Made by a program: the position numbers and the translations under genes. A stretch of 7,528 nt of DNA from NCBI RefSeq assembly GCF_006345805.1, contig NW_021828862.1:1-7528 (forward strand), given 5' to 3'. Below, one piece after another: positions 1 through 6,809 of this stretch. The DNA comes from Octopus sinensis (lineage: Eukaryota). The first letter of the stretch is position 1, and every line of letters starts with the position of its first letter. A model generated the notes under the pieces. It did not search any database. It was not told the origin of the DNA and saw only the letters and a program-made list of their open reading frames with translations.

Positions 1-183
1 GTACCTGTATTTCAAAGGGCCGGCCTTGTCACACTCTGTGTCACGCTGAATCTCCTCGAGAACTACGTTAAGGGTCCACGTGTCTGTGGAGTGCTCAGCC
101 ACTTGCACGTTAATTCCACGAGCAGGCTGTTCCGTTGATCGTATCAGCTGGGACCCTCACCGTCGTAACCGACAGAGTGCTCC
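1..183 (+). mobile_element. 3' part of a tRNA-derived SINE, cut by the window edge; same family as 6810-7210, in opposite orientation
   Basis: Aligns by eye at ~90% to the reverse complement of 6811-6996 (GTACCTGTATTTCAAAGGGCCGGCC...CGTCGTAACCGAC.GAGTGC). The tRNA head of the full copy defines the orientation. Confidence 0.85.
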
Positions 184-554
184 TATATGGCTAGCTGTGA
201 GTACGCGTCTTTGACAAGGTCTAATGCATCTGGCGTTCTTGCTAGCCACTGCTGGGACCAATTTAGTTTTCCTCCTATATATATCTATTGTGTTTTTAAA
301 CAAAGCACGTCCATAAGAGATTCTATCTCTGGATGAATACTGCAGTAAGAAGCCGTTCAACGATGTATTTGCATTAAGTATAAGACATATATTTCTATTC
401 AAAATCTTTTTTTCTGCGACCTTCGAAATTCTTTGCTATTGCTCTCATCTTCATCATACGAGAAACCTGTTCACGCCAGGTTCATTGTGCAGAATATTCT
501 CAACTCTCTCTCACGAGATATGCCAACAGCATTGGCTATTTGATTTATAATCAA

Positions 555-952
555 CTAGCAGTATCGCCCGGCGTTGCTCGGGTTTGTAAGGGAAATAACT
601 ATATAAGCATTTTTAGAGAGTTATAGCCAAAAAATAGCAAAAAAATGCATTAAAAATGGGGAAAAAATGATGGTAATTTTTTTTTAAATCGTTGACTCAT
701 CGTAGACATTTTTAGAGAGTTACTTTCCTTATATAATAGCGAAAAAATGCATTAAAATGGAAAAAAATGATGGTAATTTTTTTTTTAAAATCGTATACTC
801 ATCGTAGACGCGCGCTAGTACCCAGAAGGGCTCGATATGAATCACGACTATAAGATACCTGGTTTTGGTTAAACTGCACCGCAAAATGTGGGAGTAGTTA
901 GGAATCTAAATCGTAGGAGACAGACACACAACTTGACTTTTATATATAAAGA
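555..952 (-). mobile_element. Non-autonomous Helitron-type element
   Basis: On the minus strand: A|TCTTTATATATAT... at the 5' end (952), ...CTAG|T at the 3' end (555), and the GC-rich hairpin CCCGAGCAACGCCGGG (582-567) 8 nt before CTAG. It sits between A and T with no TSD. Removal restores the transposase frame (GGG CAA|TTG ATT). Confidence 0.85.
608..809. repeat. ~100-bp tandem duplication inside the Helitron
   Basis: Two diverged units, 608-707 and 707-809, both CATTTTTAGAGAGTTA...AAAAAATGCATTAAAA.TGG..AAAAAATGATGGTAATTTTT...CTCATCGTAGAC. Confidence 0.9.
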
Positions 953-1085
953 TTGCCCGTCGTCCATCACCATGTAGTGAACACGATCAATGTTTTCTTC
1001 GGTGGTGGCAGTGGTAGGACGTTCAGACTTTGGGTTATCTTTAAGACTCCCCCACTTCCTCTCCTAAACTCAGCTGCTCACTTTT

Positions 1086-1300
1086 ACGCTCTTTTACTCT
1101 TTTACTTGTTTCTGTCCTTTGACTGTGGCCATGCTGGAGCACCACCTTTAGTCGAATAAATCGACCCCCAGGGCTTATTCTTTGTAAGCCTAGCACTTAT
1201 TCTATCGGTCTCTTTTGCCGAACCGCTAAGTTACGGGGACGTAAACACACCAGCATCGGTTCTCAAGCGATGTTGGGATCAGACACAGACACACACACAG

Positions 1301-1358
<58 letters not shown>

Positions 1359-1530
1359 TATATATATATGCGACGGGCTTCTTTCAGTTTCCGTCTACCA
1401 AATCGACTTACAAGGCTTTGGTCGGCCTGAGACAATAGTAGAAGACACTTGCCCAAGGTGCCACGCAGTGGGACTGAACCCAAAACCATGTGGTTGGTAA
1501 GCAAGTTACTTACCACACAGCCACTCCTGC
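1086..1530 (-). mobile_element. Near full-length tRNA-derived SINE with a CORE-like segment, an internal microsatellite and an (AAAAGAGT)n tail
   Basis: Minus strand shows A-box TGGCTGTGTGG (1523-1513), B-box-like GGTTCAGTCCC (1480-1470), CORE-like CCTTGGGCAAGTGTCTTC (1458-1441) and a degenerate AAAAGAGT tail at 1086-1110. The body is shared with 3261-3596 and 3625-3827. Confidence 0.88.
1305..1369. repeat. (AC)26 plus short (TA)n microsatellite inside the SINE
   Basis: Direct reading: pure AC at 1305-1356, TA at 1357-1369. Confidence 0.97.
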
Positions 1531-1964
1531 ACTGTTGATGAAGCTGGAGCGTCATTCCCTAACGTAGCAACTCCGTCAACATGAATGTCCTAGGTGGGTG
1601 GCCGGGCTAAACCCTTTTTTCTGCAGGTAAATGATAACACTACGACACCAAATTTTGTCCATTTTCTTCGGTGGCGGCAGTGGCATTTTCAAGAGAAGTC
1701 AATGCAAGCTACTTTTGAAGTCTTCTTTAAATAGTCAAACGTCAGTTTATCTGAAAAGAAACAATGCAGATATTAATAAGGGTTAAAATTAATGCATCCA
1801 AGATTTCACAGCTTTAGTCAACCTATGAACTTTTCAGCCCGCCCTCGTAAATTATTTTAGCTTTCGTGCCACCTCCATAATAAATCATGTTAGCTTTCGC
1901 ACATCTTGAAACATTTGACTATGATCTCTCATCTTTCATAGCATCCTATGATGTCTTAACTTAC

Positions 1965-2019
1965 CGGCACACCATTACAGTACTGGGACCATCATGTGTC
2001 CAATTGTTATATAGTAATG
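1965..2019 (-). CDS. Candidate 55-nt internal exon (xLLYNNWTHDGPSTVMVCR), unassigned
   Basis: Lies in unique sequence, bounded by TTATTCATCTCAG| and CCG|GTAAGT. One of three frames is open. No partner exon or protein family recognised. Confidence 0.25.
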
Positions 2020-2126
2020 CTGAGATGAATAATTTATGTATTTACCGTACTTGATGGCATGTTACACACCCAAACGTATTAGACGTACCCCAATTTTAGC
2101 AGCGCATATTCACGTAAAAGGGATTT

Positions 2127-2387
2127 TAAAAAAATAATAAATGCGCCCTTTTAAAGCCTAGCTAGGCTCATGGGTCCGGTTTCTCGGTTTCTATGACGTA
2201 TGTGTTCCCCAGCTGGACAGGACGCCAGTCCATCGCAGCGTTACTCATTTTTGCCAGCTGAGTGGACTGGAGCAACGTGAAACGAAGTGTTTTGCTCAAG
2301 AACACAATGCGTCGCCCGGTTCAGGAATCGAAACCACAATCTTACGATCATGATGCTGACACCCTAACCACTAAGCCACGCGCCTCT
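2127..2387 (-). mobile_element. Full-length short tRNA-derived SINE flanked by a 36-bp direct repeat
   Basis: A-box TGGCTTAGTGG (2378-2368), B-box GGTTTCGATTCC (2335-2324), CORE-like TGTGTTCTTGAGCAAAACACTT, then GCGATGGACTGGCGTCCTGTCCAG (reminiscent of V-SINE-type domains) and a T-rich tail. Flanks 2091-2126 and 2388-2423 match at 34/36. Confidence 0.9.
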
Positions 2388-2550
2388 CAATTTTAGCAGC
2401 GTATATTCACGTAAAAAGGATTTCAGTGCATTAAATCTTACGGGTAGCCCAACTTCGCATGTAGGACCCAGGGTGATCTTTTTGAGACTTTTTGGGGGGA
2501 ACGGGGAAGAAATTTGTGTCTTTATGCTATCGAATATGATATTTCTTCTT

Positions 2551-2606
2551 ACACACACACACACACACACACACCACACACACACACACACACCACACAC
2601 ACACAC
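2551..2606. repeat. (CA)n microsatellite with two phase shifts
   Basis: Direct reading; CC interruptions at 2574-2575 and 2593-2594. Confidence 0.95.
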
Positions 2607-2912
2607 GAGTAAAAAATTTTCAAGAGCTTATTTACAGAAACAACTAAAGGTTGTAATTGTGAAGTATATCTTCTAGCTATGATTGCCAAAGTTGTTTCAG
2701 AATTCTGTAGCTTCGTCTTCGTTACTTCCGTAAGATGAGATCTAACTGAATTAAGTGCCTGTAGGGACAGCTTTTCAACATTTACTTTCAGTTTTCTATT
2801 CATATTTTTTCAATGCAAAGATTCATTTTAACTTGATCCAACCAGGTATGCACGAACATGTGTGCACCGAGAATTTTCCCCTTTTTTTTGCATATACAGA
2901 ATCTACGCAGAT

Positions 2913-2914
2913 TA

Positions 2915-2960
<46 letters not shown>

Positions 2961-2986
2961 ATATATATATATATATATATATATAT
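2913..2986. repeat. (TA)n microsatellite, slightly interrupted
   Basis: Direct reading. Confidence 0.96.
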
Positions 2987-3050
2987 GACGGAGATGTACT
3001 CGATAGCAAGTGACCTGATCTGAGATCGTGTGCTGGAACAAAAACAATTG

Positions 3051-3167
3051 CAGCGGGGAAGGTGTTTATAAGCTATTTAAGAAACACACAAATTAAATTT
3101 AAATGTTGAAGTGAATCTAACGGTTTTTGTGTGTTTCTTAAATGGCTTATAAACACCTTCCACGCTG
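3051..3167. repeat. Inverted repeat / fold-back with 42-bp arms and a 33-nt spacer
   Basis: 3051-3092 matches the reverse complement of 3126-3167 at 40/42, with an imperfect extension (ACAATT) to ~3044/3174. It lies in a 2987-3175 block between two TA tracts. Confidence 0.95.
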
Positions 3168-3193
3168 TATAATTGTATATATATATATTATAT

Positions 3194-3256
3194 ATCACCG
3201 TGATCACCGTGACCGACCAGGCTATCAGATGTTGCTACACATCGCTGGTCAAAATG
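3194..3256 (-). mobile_element. Probable 3'-terminal fragment of another SINE family with a (CACGGTGAT)2 tail
   Basis: 9-bp tandem ATCACCGTG x2 (3194-3211) followed by ACCGACCAGGCTATCAGATGTTGCTACACATCGCTGGTC, recalled as an octopus SINE end. The family call is from memory only. Confidence 0.5.
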
Positions 3257-3260
3257 TTCT

Positions 3261-3596
3261 GAGTGGATAAGGTAGACGGAAACTGAAAGAAGCCTGTCGT
3301 ATGTATCTCGTATGTATGTATGTATGTATGTATGTATGTATGTATGTATGTATGTATGAGTATGTATGTGAGTGTGTCTTTGTGTCTGCGTCTGTCCCCA
3401 CATCACTAATTCACAATCAATGTTGATGCGTTTACGTCCCAGTAAACTTAGCGGTTCGGCCAAAGATACCGATAAAATAAGCACGAGGCTTTAAAACAAA
3501 TCCTGCGGTCGATTTGATCGACTAAAAAATCCCTCAATGCGGTACTCCAGCTTGGCCACAATCAAATGACTGAAACAAGTAAAAGAGTAAATGAAT
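3261..3596 (+). mobile_element. 5'-truncated copy of the CORE-like SINE family of 1086-1530
   Basis: GGTAGACGGAAACTGAAAGAAGCC...AACTTAGCGGTTCGGC...TCAAATGACTGAAACAAGTAAAAGAGTAA matches the reverse complement of 1086-1410. Confidence 0.88.
3311..3358. repeat. (TATG)12 microsatellite inside the SINE
   Basis: Direct reading. Confidence 0.97.
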
Positions 3597-3624
3597 ACAA
3601 GAATGTACATACGAATGAATGTAT

Positions 3625-3827
3625 GCATATGTATGTGTGTCTTTGAGCTTTTATTCGTCCTTTCACCACCACTTGACAACTGGTGCTGGTTTGTTTACGT
3701 CTCTGTAACTTAGCGGTCCTGCGAAAAAGACGAGAGAGTACTAAAAAAAATACTGGTGGCAATTTTTACGAGTCAATACTTCAAGGCGGTGTCCCAGCAT
3801 GGCCTCGTCCAATGAGTGAAATAAGTA
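3625..3827 (+). mobile_element. Older, more diverged 3' half of the same SINE family, directly in tandem
   Basis: CTTGACAACTGGTGCTGG..TGTTTACGTC...GTAACTTAGCGG...AAGGCGGTG.CCCAGCATGGCC...AATGAGTGAAATAAGTA. Confidence 0.75.
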
Positions 3828-4304
3828 TATACATCATTCAATCACGGTAGTGGTTGGATATATTCTTAAGTCCTCATTTCGTCAATCGCAGCAGGTTCCA
3901 AGCTTCACCACTAATTCAGTTCTCAACTAAATTGCAAACTGTTAACAGTTTTAAAGAGGACACCTTCTCAGCTATAGTTTGGCATAAATAGTTTGAGATT
4001 TGGTTCAGTAGAAAAAAATTTACATCAAAATAGCTGCGACCTCAAGGGGGGCAGTAAGGTACCTATTCGCCTTCAATTAACGTTAACTTTTTCATTTTAA
4101 ATTAAAAGTATACTTTCCTTAGGCTTAAATGATAGAAAAATGCATGAGGTATTCAAAATCACTAGTCGCACTGAACAAAATTTAATAGAAAAAGAGTTAC
4201 GAAATAAAATGTTACGAAATTTCCTATCAGTAAGTAAAAGAGTAAGGGAGTAACGCTTCAGCTATAAGAATAAAGAATATAATTCTAAAATTAATGCTAT
4301 TTTC

Positions 4305-4410
4305 TAAGGTGGTGAGCTGGCAGAAACGTTAATACGCTAGGTGAGATGTTCAACAGTGTTTCGTCTGTCATTACGTTTATTGAGCTCAAATTTCGCTGAG
4401 GTTGACTTTG
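4305..4410 (+). mobile_element. Degraded 5' portion of a further tRNA-derived SINE
   Basis: A-box-like TGAGCTGGCAGAA and B-box-like GAGCTCAAATTTCGC. A second partial copy at ~4540-4593 retains GAGTTCAAATTC. Confidence 0.6.
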
Positions 4411-4748
4411 AGGTACAGATTATTTCATTAGGTTTTTTTTTTTTTTAACTAAACTCTTTCAAACTTCCGATACTCGTAGAATGTGTCACATAGAACGGGG
4501 TTTACTCTTAACGTTTTTGAAAAAGTTTCGTATTTTGGAAGCGGTATTTCGTCTGTCTTTACATTCTGAGTTCAAATTCTGTCGAGGTCCATTTCGAATC
4601 TATTCAGTTAGAAGTACAGATTATTTAATTAATTTTTTTTTTATCTAAACACTTTCAAACTTCCAGTACTGGCAGAATGTGTCACATAGAACAGGGTTTA
4701 CTCTTAACGTTTTGGACAAAATTTTGTATTTTAGAAGTTATTTCGTCA
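4353..4748. repeat. Diverged ~200-bp tandem duplication (SINE fragment plus second repeat fragment)
   Basis: 4413-4541 and 4614-4737 share GTACAGATTATTT...AGAATGTGTCACATAGAAC.GGGTTTACTCTTAACGTTTT...GTATTTT.GAAG. Each is preceded by a SINE piece (4353-4410, 4540-4593). Confidence 0.85.
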
Positions 4749-4874
4749 GAAGTTACAAAGTGACAATGGATAAATTCGTGCCAATACACGAAACTCTCAG
4801 CTTTTGACTTACCTTCTAAATTCTGCTGATGACATATATACATATATATATGCATAAAAAATCTGATCACGCAA

Positions 4875-5005
4875 TCGAACCAATGAAAGAGCCTCTACCT
4901 GGTCGATCGACACGCTAAAAATAGTATCTCCCTACCTAAATCACACGCCCATTATATGAATGTCCTACATTATCCCTAAAAAGACGGTTTGCTGAAGGCT
5001 GAGTG
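4875..5005 (+). mobile_element. Possible highly degraded interspersed repeat fragment
   Basis: GGTCGATCGAC..GCTAAAAATAG...AAATCACAC resembles a recalled octopus SINE body; not verifiable within the window. Confidence 0.3.
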
Positions 5006-5203
5006 ACCAATTAGACACACTTACAAATTAGCTGAACAGTTTTGTACAATAAATTTAAAAGATGAGATTTGTAATGAGTGATAAATTAGAAGAACTGGCA
5101 TTCTTTGCTGCAATATTTTAAGTAAAAAGTTTCTTATTCTTTACTTTACTAGAAGTAATAGTTTGTCTTATACTTTTATAGGTGTAATAATTTGTCCTGT
5201 ACT

Positions 5204-5503
5204 GGAGGGGAGAAGGAAGGAGTGGAGAAGAGGAGGGGAGTGGAGGAGGGAGGATAGAAAGGGAGGGAGAGAGAAGTGGAGTGAGGGAGCAGAGGGAGCA
5301 GAGAGAAAGAGGGAAGGGGAAGAGGGAAGAAGAAAGAGGAAGCAGAGAGAAAGAGGGAAGGGGAAGAGGGAAGAAGAAAGAGGGAAGAAGAGAGAGGGAA
5401 GAAGGGAAAAGGAGGGAAAGAGAGTAGGGGTGAAAGGATGAAGGACTGAAGAGAAGTAGGGTTGGGGGGAGGTTAGATGAGGAGGGGAGAGAGGAGGGTG
5501 GGG
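5204..5503 (+). repeat. Polypurine (GA-rich) low-complexity tract with an internal perfect 43-bp duplication
   Basis: Almost pure G/A. 5297-5339 is identical to 5341-5383. G-runs cluster at 5458-5503. Confidence 0.93.
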
Positions 5504-5618
5504 ATAGTTGAGACCAAATAGCGTGAAAGAGCGAAGAGAGAAGATTAATTCTTGTTCACGGCGCAAACGGGAATCCGGATGGCCTCTGTGCAAGGACAAA
5601 CCGAACACAGACAGGTGT

Positions 5619-5623
<5 letters not shown>

Positions 5624-5654
<31 letters not shown>

Positions 5655-5770
5655 AATATATTTAATAAAATGAGTGTACGAAACGATCGTACCAAATTAC
5701 CGGAGTCATTCTTGTTGCTTATTTTGAGTATATACATATATATATGTATGTATATATATATATATGTATG

Positions 5771-5806
<36 letters not shown>
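5624..5806. repeat. Two (TA)n / (TATG)-interrupted arrays (5624-5651, 5729-5806) separated by ~75 bp of non-repetitive DNA
   Basis: Direct reading; the 20-mer TATATGTATGTATATATATA occurs twice (5741-5780). Confidence 0.92.
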
Positions 5807-6013
5807 GCCAATTGTGATTCGTTAGTTACTGCGCGCATTTTTTTCTCTCCTTCTTTCTGTGTTTTTTTTTCTCTCTGTGTATCTTCTGTTGAAGAGGTAG
5901 GCTCGAAACGTTAAAGACTTGTTTTATTTATATTTCCTGAGCGCCATACTAATACAATTGTTTGTTTGTTTCCACCTGCCTTCGTTTTTGTCTATTTTCA
6001 TAAAGCTTCCCGT

Positions 6014-6014
<1 letters not shown>
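5807..6014 (+). mobile_element. Probable non-autonomous Penelope-like (pLTR-derived) repeat embedded in (TA)n
   Basis: A ~210-bp block bracketed by TA arrays and carrying a hammerhead-like motif of the form seen in Penelope-like element repeats. The family assignment is inference. Confidence 0.5.
5882..5918 (+). ncRNA. Degenerate minimal type I hammerhead-ribozyme-like motif
   Basis: TCTT-CTGTTGA-A-GAG(GTAGG)CTC-GAAA-CGT-T-AAAGA. Core 5886-5892 has A6>U, stem II is 3 bp, GAAA is at 5905-5908, stem III is the palindrome ACGT, and stem I (TCTT/AAAGA) is imperfect. Confidence 0.5.
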
Positions 6015-6018
<4 letters not shown>

Positions 6019-6074
<56 letters not shown>

Positions 6075-6126
6075 ATGTATATATATATATGCATATATAT
6101 GTAGGTATATGTATATCTATCTATCT

Positions 6127-6177
<51 letters not shown>

Positions 6178-6230
6178 TACATACATACATATGTGCACAC
6201 AACGTGTGTGTGTGTCTGTGTGTGTCTCTG
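6019..6230. repeat. Compound microsatellite: (AT)n, TA/CA/TG mix, (ATCT)3, (ATAG)12, (TG)n
   Basis: Direct reading; (ATAG)12 at 6127-6174. Confidence 0.95.
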
Positions 6231-6356
6231 TTTTAGAAAGAGAGCATGCCTATAACTGTACCTTGAAGAGGGACTTTCCGAGTTCAGATTATCAGGCAGT
6301 CTAGAACGGAAAGCAAAGTCCATTGATAAATGCACACATGCAGATATACACAGGTA

Positions 6357-6364
6357 GACACACA

Positions 6365-6424
<60 letters not shown>

Positions 6425-6457
6425 CACACACACACACATGCACACACGCATGCACAC
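6357..6457. repeat. (CA)n microsatellite with CATG interruptions
   Basis: Direct reading. Confidence 0.95.
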
Positions 6458-6535
6458 TTTCAATATATCGATTTACCGAGATAGTATGTAAGCAGGGTTC
6501 ATGCATACGTCATATGTACACGTACGTAGTTCGTA

Positions 6536-6585
6536 CGTGTGTATGTGTGTGTATGCGTGTGTGTGTTTGTCCGTGTGTGTGCATG
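6536..6585. repeat. Degenerate (TG)n tract
   Basis: Direct reading. Confidence 0.85.
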
Positions 6586-6809
6586 CATATGACGTAATTT
6601 GATGTGCTTGTGTGCTGCCTCTGGTTTTTAAATCGTTGTTATTTTGTATTGATTTTACAAACACTGTGTGAAATGGTTCTACTTAAACTACTGCCCACTA
6701 CAGTAACGACCACGTCAATATACATGTGTAATGCTTGTCCTACCAGCTATCACACAGGAAATCTCGCATGGAGCTCGTACGTATGTTGTTCATACTAATA
6801 TTTATATAT

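Larger units (their letters stand above)
459..1662 (-). pseudogene. Mariner transposase pseudogene, N-terminal DNA-binding (HTH) region only
   Basis: Manual translation from the ATG at 1662-1660: MDKIWCRSVIIYLQKK/fs/DIHVDGVATLGNDAPASSTVQK*AAEFRRG/fs/SLKDNPKSERPTTATTEENIDRVHYMVMDDGQ|LIINQIANAVGISRER/fs/VENILHNEPG. This matches the mariner pattern W..EF..G..SL.D..RSGRP.......I..V...V..D.RL....IA. Homology is lost just before the expected WVPR linker. Confidence 0.85.
459..1849 (-). mobile_element. Decayed mariner DNA transposon (irritans-like), 5' half only, in three pieces: 1529-1849, 953-1085, ~459-554
   Basis: The minus strand starts TA-CGAGGGCGGGCTGAAAAGTTCATAGGTTGAC (1849-1817), a mariner-type TIR with a TA target. 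It is followed by transposase remnants that rejoin in frame when the insertions are removed. No second TIR or catalytic domain is seen. Confidence 0.88.

Noticed and set aside
157-402. 81-aa minus-strand ORF
   Set aside because: No recognisable motif, and its end runs antisense into the SINE at 1-183.
953-1159. 68-aa plus-strand ORF
   Set aside because: It is the antisense of the mariner transposase remnant plus the SINE tail.
1226-1555. ORFs 1226-1555, 1270-1500, 2364-2606, 2473-2676, 2755-2988, 2823-3047, 3188-3484, 5508-5825, 5919-6104, 6117-6506
   Set aside because: They are open because they run through CA/TG/TA/TATG microsatellites and SINE bodies (CVCV, HTHT, YIYI runs); no protein signal.
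2091-2423. 36-bp direct repeats as a CRISPR-like array
   Set aside because: Only two copies, separated by a 261-bp SINE, in eukaryotic context with no cas genes; better explained as an insertion-site duplication.
2549-2803. 84-aa minus-strand ORF and an overlapping plus-strand AG..GT candidate exon 2638-2729 (TTKGCNCEVYLLAMIAKVVSEFCSFVFVTS)
   Set aside because: No recognisable homology, the two candidates conflict in strand, and splice phases do not link to the 1965-2019 candidate. Needs RNA-seq.
4040-4255. Possible DNA-transposon end (AAGGGGGGCAG...) and a SINE-tail-like AAGTAAAAGAGTAA at ~4232-4245
   Set aside because: No matching inverted terminus or TSD found in the window; too short to support.
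5163-5608. 92-aa and 146-aa ORFs over the purine tract
   Set aside because: Low-complexity GA/TC DNA lacks stop codons, so the R/E/G/K or S/L/P/F composition is an artefact.
5839-5896. Long pyrimidine tract ending in AG, resembling a splice acceptor
   Set aside because: It lies inside the probable Penelope-like repeat and overlaps the hammerhead-like motif; no convincing exon and donor follow.
6114-6141. 28-bp perfect palindrome
   Set aside because: It is simply the junction of (ATCT)n and (ATAG)n microsatellites.
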